In this document: positions 37,801 through 45,543 of the stretch, piece after piece | How positions within the stretch are numbered: position 1 is the first letter of the stretch | Layout: the number at the start of each line of letters is the position of its first letter | Source: Myxococcota bacterium | GTDB lineage: Bacteria; Myxococcota_A; SURF-8 | Assembly: GCA_963674735.2 (NCBI GenBank) | Contig: CAXXQS010000001.1 | Span: forward strand, 2,112,001 to 2,176,000 | DNA length: 64,000 bases | Reading direction: 5' to 3' | Position numbers and translations under genes: made by a program | The notes under the pieces: model-generated | Databases searched by the model: none | What the model saw: the letters and a program-made list of their open reading frames with translations, nothing else | What the model was told of the DNA's origin: nothing

Positions 37801-39636
37801 GTTTTTTCTTACGGAATGTCAACGATGTTGACGGACCTCGAAACCACCATCAATTACCTGGGTGGCGATCAGGCTTTTCACGACCTTCTTTCAGATGAAA
37901 GCCTGGAGGTGCGCAACCACGACGCCCTGATTCTTGAAGATGCGGAGTTGAAGTGCCAAGCCCTTTTCCCGAATGGAGTACCGATCACGAAGAAAATGAT
38001 CGATGTCGAAACCTCGCCGCTCGAACAACCCGACTGCTATCACGGCAGCATCGGTGAATTGGCACTCGCAGCCATGTCGGCGGCCCAGGACATAGAGGTG
38101 GCCAATCAAAAACTTCAGGATTTCCTCGATGCCTACGACATCGCCACCAACAATTGCATCCTTCTCGAAAGTGCAATCAACCAGTCTCAGGATATCAAAG
38201 AAGCCTACTGGCAAATATCGAAAGAACTCAAAGCAGTCAAGCGAACCGCCGATGCGGCTTTCGGGTTGGCGGAAACCAGTTTCGGTTGCGCTACCTCCGG
38301 TGCCTGGATGTCGGCCCTGACCTGCTTTGCCAAGTCGGGCAGCAAGCACATCTGGGAAAACACCAAGAGCAGTGTAAACAAAGCCATCCCCATCGACAAG
38401 CTTGAATCCAAGCACGAATACTTCCTCGGCCTGATTCAGGATCAAGTAAGTATCGCACAATGCTTCAATGATGCGGAAATGCACCTGATCGGCGCCGATT
38501 CGCAGGCCCTGATCATCGAACGCGTCAAGCTCGAGTTGGCCGAAAGCATGCTGGCGCTGTACAACGCTCAAGAACAAATGTCGCAACTCGCCTATGAAGG
38601 AAAGCGGCGCGTGGCGGCTGAAGAGAATCGCAACAGCACACGCCTGTTCAACGACATCTGGTCGGACATGGGTGAACGCCAAGATGAAACCTACTCCAGC
38701 GCGATCAACATCTACCGACGCGATCTGGCGATTGCGCGTCGCGCCGTTTATCTGGCCGTACGCGCGGTCGAGTATGAGCTGCAGCTCACCCACGATACCT
38801 GGCGGCAAGATGTACTCATGGCCGCCAACGCCGTCGATCTGAACAACGTGCTCGTTTCCTTGCGTACCGAGTTGGCCGCCGGGGCCTCGATCGGCGGCAA
38901 TATCGCCGTCGAGCTACCAGTCGTCGTCTCATTGAAAAAGCATTTGCTGCAATTGGGCGATTTGGGTGAATTCCCCGATGGGTGGCACATCATGGACGAC
39001 ACAGAACGGCTTCATACCGTGTTGAGCAACCCCCGCTATGCCGTTTTCGATGCAGACGGCCAGTACTTGGGGCAGGAAATACCTTTCTCCGTCGTACCCA
39101 TGGGTTCCTTGGGAATGGGTGAAACCTTCGGCATTCCGATCCTAGCCGGTAGCGACTGTGCCGAACGTCTGTGGGGAGTCAATGCGACCATCCAGGGCAA
39201 CGATCTGACCACAAATGAAAGTGGATCATACACACGCGTCACCTTGAAACATAAAAACACATTCTTCAGCCAATGGTGCCTTGATGTCGGTGAGGAATTC
39301 GGCGACCTGCAACGATCGACGGTGCGACCGGCTAAAAATCTGTTTAAGGATCCCGTTTGGGGCGGTGAAGACGCCGTGACGGAAGGCACGGATCTCAACC
39401 AAAACGACTACAAGTCCGCACGCATCCTCGCCTATCACAATAAAACGCAGGCCGAACTCGAAGACGTCGGTTACACCACAGGTGCCAGCGAGGAACTGCG
39501 GGCCCGTGGGTTGTATGGTGATTACGCCCTGTTCATCGACAAGGATTACCTCGCAACCGACGAGAGCGATGGGTTGAACCTTCAGCAGGTGAGCGACATC
39601 CTGCTACGATTTGATTATCTGTCGATCGCCAAGTAA
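34837..39636 (+). CDS. 1599-aa lipoprotein with Cys-rich N-terminus, long helical region and a C-terminus resembling Tc toxin A (TcB-binding-like) domains
   Basis: Lipobox CFGC, DGD linker and C..D..C repeats. RNPLG..DLPLY; coiled-coil-like stretches around a small-residue hairpin; RRAVYLAVRAVEYE; RGLYGDYALFID..LNL..VSDILLRFDYLS. The ORF is certain; the toxin relationship is inference. Confidence 0.6.
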   Translation: MRRWLLTIAVTVILSATCFGCSGGSNTIDGDAPDGDMSDGDSDGPDPDGDEEADIELSDDVGSDLSSYQCTRDSDLLDSLGNCRRDEHCPCGAYCQLGLCHFDCLRNADCPDGWCDYFGRCRDEDDYAISPPLVDRSQGGLKLHPSFIPIYNREAQPVITLSANTQGFTDLRLEASDGLLIDCNGTFSSTCNIESLSTDDSMTFTLKLDESEADLAEWFVSVFYDDRMATVALSEIARSDETELSPGVYRGKVWVSSSSTLLQTEAASQAVDIVHSHPMFSFPFEIILFEDNTLVFHDARKVLPENWVFTLDASGSFDALGGMGDGSRVVYMGNAESSDDETATEVSLSASGAIREIFEGSVLGTLNMTVGGLGLDYAEANGIDERLNIDWNFSVQRFRDLGENETVPSQTGDTPVFAESADRYGDALPWYAIMRDVELDHEQDSIDIPSWSQELQYLLCYDRNRDPGVEVINTRSVPFTQSVADDIGVGDYMCDRGNSDSLLALPFFAIDSASGSVQAGLTLDACITELERSFEAPPACGDTTDLNCLSGHVLDDPLPDCIDTPLVLGALGGGLALVERSGYPGGVMWESRSDDGLRMALRILQQWIQTHQFIVNEAVQANDLPLWTDAPPNLTDTLDLGLDGWDIVLHPHTMGRLMHIPSAILNEPDYRESQNQPAAYGDETQTFGIPIVILHALRTQLQAATFLVRQARFASQIVPPEQVNRTLHYVTVLAPLARLLYEKSLLAGEPAWEPVWQNAQGLFDAALQDLMTEWDSLEEGRNPLGIDDVDLPLYTNTLNDPQSDGEKFLSVSSYFLYESTGGLDNSGWATKAVQTATDSFDAARTAWSDMVDRTLQGILEEQNVNDRVSQIKRNFGEKILNLCGNNLFENTTTGNPIVSEDVLDELEAHPQIGSTNCFMDQGNPACVFDYDALTSSLTKDDLGYRMCVLVGMREGFAGKVEFKEDWANDFLDEAQELMSGALEQLPVNVFSYGMSTMLTDLETTINYLGGDQAFHDLLSDESLEVRNHDALILEDAELKCQALFPNGVPITKKMIDVETSPLEQPDCYHGSIGELALAAMSAAQDIEVANQKLQDFLDAYDIATNNCILLESAINQSQDIKEAYWQISKELKAVKRTADAAFGLAETSFGCATSGAWMSALTCFAKSGSKHIWENTKSSVNKAIPIDKLESKHEYFLGLIQDQVSIAQCFNDAEMHLIGADSQALIIERVKLELAESMLALYNAQEQMSQLAYEGKRRVAAEENRNSTRLFNDIWSDMGERQDETYSSAINIYRRDLAIARRAVYLAVRAVEYELQLTHDTWRQDVLMAANAVDLNNVLVSLRTELAAGASIGGNIAVELPVVVSLKKHLLQLGDLGEFPDGWHIMDDTERLHTVLSNPRYAVFDADGQYLGQEIPFSVVPMGSLGMGETFGIPILAGSDCAERLWGVNATIQGNDLTTNESGSYTRVTLKHKNTFFSQWCLDVGEEFGDLQRSTVRPAKNLFKDPVWGGEDAVTEGTDLNQNDYKSARILAYHNKTQAELEDVGYTTGASEELRARGLYGDYALFIDKDYLATDESDGLNLQQVSDILLRFDYLSIAK

Positions 39637-39712
39637 TCAGGAGCCATGTTTGCTTTTGTGTCGCCACCCACCAGCGTGGCGGCAACGCCTGTCAACAGCA
39701 AAGGACTGGATT

Positions 39713-41830
39713 ATGACAGCCTTTAAAAACAGTTACTGGGTAATACTTATTTTGACCAGCGTCTGGTTGTTCGCCTGCGGAGGCGGATCGGACTCTACCA
39801 CTCCCGACGGCGATTCCGACAACAGCGGCGACATCGATGGTGACTTCGATGCGGGTGGTGGCGAAAATGACGCGGATGGCGACTCGTCGGACTCCGATGG
39901 AGACCTTTCCGAAACCGATGGCGACCTCACCGACGGCGACAGTTCTGAGGGAGTCGAGCAAAGCGATTCGGACGCCGGAGTGGTACTGGACAAGGACCGT
40001 GACGGATTCACCGAAGAGCAAGGCGACTGCAACGACAACAACCGGTCCGTTTATCCGGGAGCCCCGGACATCCCCGATTTCGACGGCATCGATCAGAACT
40101 GCGACGGGAAGGACGGGAATACTTCCACCGATCGATATCTATCGGCGTCATCGAATTCGGCCGACTTCGCTTCGACCATCGCCCAGTGCACGGCCATTAC
40201 AGGTTGTCATATCCTGGTCGAACAGAGCTACTACCAATTTTCACCCCCCTTGAATCTGATCGCTGGAACCCGGATGTACGGCGGCTACACCGATGACTTC
40301 AGCAAACGTGCCATCATCGATCCCGCCTTGCAGGTTTATACCACCACCCTGGCATCGGGAAACGGCGAACAAAACCACACGGTAACCATTGAAGACCAAA
40401 TAACAACGGTACTGCTGGACGGCTTTCACATTCTCGGTCCTTCCTACCCCTTCGCAACCACGGAAACCTATGCCTTGTGGATTAAAAGCTCTGCGGATGT
40501 ACGTATCCGTCATTGTCTGATTGAAGGCGGAAACGCAGCCGACGGAGCCGATGGAACTCATGGCCGCGACGGAGAAGACGGTGGGAACGCAGACAACGTC
40601 TTCGGAGGTGAAGCGGGTTATCCAAACGATTTGTCGTACATCAACGGAGGAAATGGGGGATATCAAACCTATTGGGGTGAAGAAGACTCCTGGAATATGG
40701 TCCAAAATTCCAGTTCCTCCGTCACGTGCAACTACTGGAACCAGAAACCGAAAGACGGCATTGACCTGTGCGATGACTACTGGGTTCCCCCTCTCAGCTA
40801 CTGCGATGAGTCGGTTGACGATCCGGGCAACTGCCGCTCGGCGGATGATCGTGATCGCAGCCTGCTCGACTTGGATGGTTGCCAACTCAAGCCCATAAAC
40901 AACGACATCCAACCCTCACAAATTTGTTGGTGCATTCACGATCCCGACTCATCATATGCCAATGATGTGGGAGAAGATGGTGTTTTTCTTGAATCGCAAC
41001 ACGGCTGCGATGGTCAATGCGGAATGGGGGGAGAGGCGGTCTCGGTATCGAGTGGAAGTGTGAACACGGAAGGATTCTGGGTTAACGACACGAATCGAGG
41101 CGAAAACGGCCTCGGCGGGAGCTATGGACAAGGCGGTGCCGGTGGCGTCGCCGGTGGCATGTATATGTGTGTCGCTCAAAACATGTGGGCCACTTGGATG
41201 ACCCTAGCGCAACCTGGCGGCCCGGGCGGGGGCGGTGGCGCCGGAGGTTGGGGAGGCGGAGGCGGCCAGGGTGGCGAACATGGAGCGCCTGCTATTGCGG
41301 CTCTGATCGTCGATTCGACCGTCGACCTATCCGATATCACCATTAAACTCGGCTCGGGTGGAAACGGCGGACAAGGAGGCGATGGTGGTTCGGGAGGAAC
41401 AGGTGGAATCGGTGGAGGCGGATGGCATGCCTGCCCGGTCCCTGGTTGGGGCTCCATCCAGCACTTCAGTTGCGGTGCAGCCGATAACGACTTGGTCAGT
41501 AATTGCAATTACGACGAAGAACACAATTTCTGGGAAGACAAGTGGAACGGCGGCAAAGGCGCAGCGGGCGGAAACGGCGGTGATGCCGGTTCAGGCGGTG
41601 GCGGAGCGGGCGGCAATGGCGGATCGGCCTTCGGTATCGGATTCGCTAACAGCACGATTCATCAACATGCCTTGGAATACACCGGTGGTTCGGCCGGAGC
41701 AGGAGGAAGCGGGGGAAACTCCGGGTTATCCGGTTCCGACAAAGCCAGTTGCACCGCATCAACCGAAAACCTGACCGGTGAAAACGGTGCAAACGGATCC
41801 GTAATACATGAAATCGATTTATCGAATTAG
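39713..41830 (+). CDS. Lipoprotein with DGD linker, MopE-like putative metal-binding motif and PGRS-like Gly-rich segments
   Basis: ATG 39713 after AAGGA; lipobox LFAC. DKDRDGF...GDCND....YPGA.D..DGIDQNCDG; MYGGY; GGxGGxGG runs. Confidence 0.85.
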   Translation: MTAFKNSYWVILILTSVWLFACGGGSDSTTPDGDSDNSGDIDGDFDAGGGENDADGDSSDSDGDLSETDGDLTDGDSSEGVEQSDSDAGVVLDKDRDGFTEEQGDCNDNNRSVYPGAPDIPDFDGIDQNCDGKDGNTSTDRYLSASSNSADFASTIAQCTAITGCHILVEQSYYQFSPPLNLIAGTRMYGGYTDDFSKRAIIDPALQVYTTTLASGNGEQNHTVTIEDQITTVLLDGFHILGPSYPFATTETYALWIKSSADVRIRHCLIEGGNAADGADGTHGRDGEDGGNADNVFGGEAGYPNDLSYINGGNGGYQTYWGEEDSWNMVQNSSSSVTCNYWNQKPKDGIDLCDDYWVPPLSYCDESVDDPGNCRSADDRDRSLLDLDGCQLKPINNDIQPSQICWCIHDPDSSYANDVGEDGVFLESQHGCDGQCGMGGEAVSVSSGSVNTEGFWVNDTNRGENGLGGSYGQGGAGGVAGGMYMCVAQNMWATWMTLAQPGGPGGGGGAGGWGGGGGQGGEHGAPAIAALIVDSTVDLSDITIKLGSGGNGGQGGDGGSGGTGGIGGGGWHACPVPGWGSIQHFSCGAADNDLVSNCNYDEEHNFWEDKWNGGKGAAGGNGGDAGSGGGGAGGNGGSAFGIGFANSTIHQHALEYTGGSAGAGGSGGNSGLSGSDKASCTASTENLTGENGANGSVIHEIDLSN

Positions 41831-41906
41831 CGGCGAGAGTGTTCTCGCACGCTACCCATTAAACCTTCATAGGAAACCCAAACGGCTGCTTGCAAGCCAT
41901 ACATTT

Positions 41907-43274
41907 TTATCGGGCAGCCGGATCGACCGGATCGCCGAGTCGGATGCTGGGACGAACCAGCAGCCGACCGTTGCGGATCACGTGCAACTCGCAGTCCTCG
42001 ATGGTCGAAGCCAGCGCTTCGCCGTCGACGGTATCGGTTGTGAAGACAAGAAAATCTCCGTAGTTATCGGAATAATCTTCATTGGGATCGACAAACCAAC
42101 TGCCGCTTTTGGTTTCGGAAATCGCTTCCTCGCCGCCGCTGGTATAGCGGGTGCCGCTATGGTTGAAGTTAAAGGAGTCATCGCCGGCGAGAGTCAGAGT
42201 TTCCGTCACATCCTCCGCCAATTCCAGATCCGCCCCATCGGGTAGATAATAGGCGTAGCTTCTTTCCCAAGTTCCCACGACATTTCCAACGGTTCCCGCC
42301 GTACGCGTATAGGGACGATCGGAGAAATAGACTCCATCCACATGATAGACCGCCTCACGCTTCCACTCGGTGGTGCTGGAATCGGTATCATCGGGAGTAT
42401 CGCCATTTTGATGAGTAGTTTCACTGATTTCGAGATCGCTGTCATCGCCCGCATAGATTCCGGCCTGCACGAAGGCCTCGTTCAAAATGCTGCCGCTCCA
42501 ACTGAGGTCCGAGGCAAAAGTACGCTGATTTCGCTGATAAGTGGAATGGCTCGATCCATTTTTTTGGAACAATCGTTCTTCCCAGTCGCCAACCAAAGCT
42601 TCCAACAATTCAGGCAGAACCAGCACATAAGAGTGCTCCCCGCTGTTTCCGGCTTCGTCCGTCACCTGCACGCCAACTCGTGAACCGGAAGTCAGTTCGA
42701 CTGTCACGCGCCATAGTCCATTTCGGTAATTCCGGCTGACCACGTTCGGAGCCGACCCACCTTCTATATCCACCACGTCCACAACAAGCTGTTCGCGGTC
42801 GGTGACATTGTCACTGGCTTGAACGGTGAACTCGGCTTCTGCCGCCACCGGCAAAACGCGCACCACGTCACTCTCATTCAATGAAAACGACGAACTGAAT
42901 TCGCCTGCAATCGCCACTTGTACATTCTGAATTTCGGGTGAAATACTGTCGGAAGGATCATCGCCATCGGGGTTGTCGCCGTCGGGGTCGTCGCCATCGG
43001 GGTCATCGCCGTCGGGGTCGTCGCCGTCGGGGTCGTCGCCGTCGGGGTCGTCGCCGTCGGGGTCGTCGCCATCGGGGTCGTCGCCGTCGGGTTCATCGCC
43101 GTCGGGTTCATCGCCGTCGGGGTTATCGCCGTCGGGATTGTCGCCATCCGCGCTGTCATTGTCGCCATCGCAACCGATCAGAATCAATCCCATCATCACC
43201 AGTATAAGCAATATCCAAATGGAAGCCACGACCCGATCGCGACCTTTATTTTTGTTTCTCCGAGACATGTTCAT
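41907..43274 (-). CDS. DGD-repeat lipoprotein, unknown function (Ig-like then lipocalin-like beta domains)
   Basis: AAGGAG RBS; lipobox ILIGC; 13 DGDxP units; two VG.W (LVGDW, VVGTW) beta modules. Confidence 0.8.
   Translation of the reverse strand: MNMSRRNKNKGRDRVVASIWILLILVMMGLILIGCDGDNDSADGDNPDGDNPDGDEPDGDEPDGDDPDGDDPDGDDPDGDDPDGDDPDGDDPDGDDPDGDNPDGDDPSDSISPEIQNVQVAIAGEFSSSFSLNESDVVRVLPVAAEAEFTVQASDNVTDREQLVVDVVDIEGGSAPNVVSRNYRNGLWRVTVELTSGSRVGVQVTDEAGNSGEHSYVLVLPELLEALVGDWEERLFQKNGSSHSTYQRNQRTFASDLSWSGSILNEAFVQAGIYAGDDSDLEISETTHQNGDTPDDTDSSTTEWKREAVYHVDGVYFSDRPYTRTAGTVGNVVGTWERSYAYYLPDGADLELAEDVTETLTLAGDDSFNFNHSGTRYTSGGEEAISETKSGSWFVDPNEDYSDNYGDFLVFTTDTVDGEALASTIEDCELHVIRNGRLLVRPSIRLGDPVDPAAR
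42954..43148 (-). repeat. 15-bp coding tandem repeat (DGD[D/N/E]P)x13
   Basis: Near-perfect tcgccgtcggggtcg units over 195 bp. Confidence 0.95.
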
Positions 43275-43323
43275 CTCCTTCGATCAATCCGACAAAGACA
43301 TCCGACGGCTTCATTCCCAGCAT

Positions 43324-43358
43324 AAAAAAGCCTACCGGCGTTTGCAACCCCGGTAGGC
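43324..43358 (-). terminator. Intrinsic terminator after the arylsulfotransferase gene
   Basis: GCCTACCGG / CCGGTAGGC stem followed by TTTTTT on the minus strand. Confidence 0.75.
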
Positions 43359-43381
43359 CGAATTTCTCCACGATTGCTTAT

Positions 43382-45271
43382 TTATTTGATGGTGCGCGAA
43401 TGCAGATCGGTGATCCGCTCTGCACGATAGCCGTTCCATTGCTGAACGACAATCTGCTGCATCTCGGGATCGCCGTCGGCTTCCACTTCATCGTCCGTAT
43501 CGCCATCCACCACCGGCTCCATCGTCACGGTCGGCGGCAATTCGAATTCGAAAACGACGGTGTTCGGGCTGCCCGGTTTCACTTCGGCCACCCGCGGACT
43601 CAGCAAAGATTCCCCGTTGAAATCCAGACTCCGCCCACCGTCACAGACCATGACATTGCCATTGGCCAAGCGATCGGCATCGCCGACAAAGCTGGCGAAA
43701 TACGGGACGGAACCGGTGTGCTCCCAGGTCTGAGTCGCAGTCTTGTTGTCATAATCAAGTGAGAATTGAACGGCCCGCGAAAAGTCAGTACCCGAACGCG
43801 TCAATTCCTGGCTGATATTGCCGTTGTCGAAAATCAGCAGTTCGCCATTGGCCTGCCACTCAGGCGCATGCTGATGGCTGAACCAACTGCCTGATGACAA
43901 AGTGAAATCGCCGTTTTCGCCCAGTTTCCACATCAAAGCGCCTGTGGTGCGATTGACCGCGATAATGTAATCGAGATGACGAGCCGAGAAGATGATGGAA
44001 TCATCGGATGCGCGATACACCAAAGCGTTGCCATGGCTCCAATCTCGGTTGTTCGGCAAAGGGAACCGGCGCAAAGAGCTATCAAAACCAGTGCGCCGAT
44101 AATCAGTGCTGACATAGTCAAACAAGCTCCAGGAATTGACAATCACTCCGGCAGTCGTGATTTCGTAAGCGATATCACCCACGATATTGATGACTTCCTG
44201 CTCGACTTCAGCTTCAACTTCGGCTTCCGCTTCGACTTCAGCCTCTACTTCCTGTTCGGCTTCGACTTCGTCGTCAGCATCACCATCGACGACAGTACGG
44301 GCGACCGCAGGAGCAACCACTTCCTCAACCGCATTTCGGGATAAAGCCAGAAAATTTCCGTTGGGCAACTCGATGATATCATGATGGAAACCATAGACGG
44401 GCTCACCCTCATAGGTCTCCCCATCGAAATCAAGTTCCAGAACGGCATTGCCCATCCAGTCGTATTCGACGATGACCGATCCGGCGGTGGTCAGGATGTT
44501 TCCCCGGCTGGTGATGTGGAAAACACCACCAAAATCGAGGGTATACCAAACGATTTCACCGGCTTCATCAACGATAAGCCAGCCATTTTCCGTACTGGCG
44601 CCGCGTCCCGAAAACGAAACCGCCGTATACCCGGGAGCCATTTGTGCCGTATCTGCAGAAATCAAGTTAACCGTCGGCAGGGTAGCGGGCAGTGCGGCCG
44701 TAGTGAAATTCTGTGCTGTGCCACGTGCTTCCGAACCGGCTTCGGCAGTCGCCGCAATCGGAGTGAACGTATAGGCCGTTTCCGCATGCAGCCCGATGAT
44801 ACCGATTTCAAAGCTTTTCGCCAAAGCGCTGGTCGGTCCGACGACCCAACTCGTATCAGTCCCCACCTCAGCCACTTCCACACTACCGTAGGCATCGATG
44901 TCCGTGTCGAAAGTCACGGTTCCCGACAAGACATTGTTGATGTTTTCAAGAGCCAAGATGTTGGAAATAACCGGTTTGACGATCACGGCATCGCCATCGC
45001 TATCCCCATCGGTATCGCCATCGGGGACATCCCCATCGGGGCTCTCTTCTTCTTCATCCCCATCGGTATCGCCGTCGGGTTCATCACCGTCAGGATCGTC
45101 GCCGTCGGGATCATCGCCGTCGGGTTCGTCGCCATCCGGATCATCGCCATCGGGGGCTTCCGATTCCGTATCGCCATCTATTCCGCTGTCACTCTCATCG
45201 CCGCAAGCCCACGTAAGCAAAGCGATCATGGCAATCATAAACAAAATCGTTATTGCGTTGCTCTTTTTCAC
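43382..45271 (-). CDS. Aryl-sulfate sulfotransferase (ASST) family lipoprotein with DGD repeats
   Basis: GTG 45271 after GAGGTG; lipobox TWAC. Ig-like N-domain, D..GEIVWY, FHHDI..LPNGN, DWSHGNAL, SARH, WKLG, FSHQHAP, FDNG, SRAV, RL.NGN, YRA.R. Confidence 0.9.
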   Translation of the reverse strand: MKKSNAITILFMIAMIALLTWACGDESDSGIDGDTESEAPDGDDPDGDEPDGDDPDGDDPDGDEPDGDTDGDEEEESPDGDVPDGDTDGDSDGDAVIVKPVISNILALENINNVLSGTVTFDTDIDAYGSVEVAEVGTDTSWVVGPTSALAKSFEIGIIGLHAETAYTFTPIAATAEAGSEARGTAQNFTTAALPATLPTVNLISADTAQMAPGYTAVSFSGRGASTENGWLIVDEAGEIVWYTLDFGGVFHITSRGNILTTAGSVIVEYDWMGNAVLELDFDGETYEGEPVYGFHHDIIELPNGNFLALSRNAVEEVVAPAVARTVVDGDADDEVEAEQEVEAEVEAEAEVEAEVEQEVINIVGDIAYEITTAGVIVNSWSLFDYVSTDYRRTGFDSSLRRFPLPNNRDWSHGNALVYRASDDSIIFSARHLDYIIAVNRTTGALMWKLGENGDFTLSSGSWFSHQHAPEWQANGELLIFDNGNISQELTRSGTDFSRAVQFSLDYDNKTATQTWEHTGSVPYFASFVGDADRLANGNVMVCDGGRSLDFNGESLLSPRVAEVKPGSPNTVVFEFELPPTVTMEPVVDGDTDDEVEADGDPEMQQIVVQQWNGYRAERITDLHSRTIK

Positions 45272-45362
45272 CAAACACCTCCTCGGGTATTTCAAGCGCA
45301 AGCGCTCATCCCCAGTTAAATTCTTTTCGGCTATGCCAATCCATAATTTCCAATTTTTGGAT

Positions 45363-45378
45363 TGCAACTATTTTGCCT
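45363..45378 (-). promoter_or_regulatory. Possible sigma54 promoter for the ASST gene
   Basis: Minus strand AGGCAAAATAGTTGCA gives GG-N10-GC with TTGCA, about 90 bp upstream of the start. The -24 element is imperfect. Confidence 0.3.
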
Positions 45379-45475
45379 TTTATTTCCTCCGATGTCAATT
45401 CTTTGCGAGCTTGCGGGTAATTCAAGCCAATTTTAAATGTATCTCAAGCAAAAAGCTCACTCATCTGCTCATGCT

Positions 45476-45504
45476 TTGGGAATCGCAAGGCAATATGCTA
45501 TACT
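45476..45504 (+). promoter_or_regulatory. Possible sigma70 promoter of the membrane protein gene
   Basis: TTGGGA-17bp-TATACT with extended-10 TG. Confidence 0.4.
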
Positions 45505-45543
45505 TTTTCCTCTTTTCTCGGATACCCGCAGGAATCGACTTAA

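Noticed and set aside
42954-43148. Regular short repeats suggesting a CRISPR array (also 28348-28497, 30137-30250, 17042-17255)
   Set aside because: The units are contiguous 15-18-mers with no unique spacers, are in frame within lipoprotein genes, and no cas genes are present.
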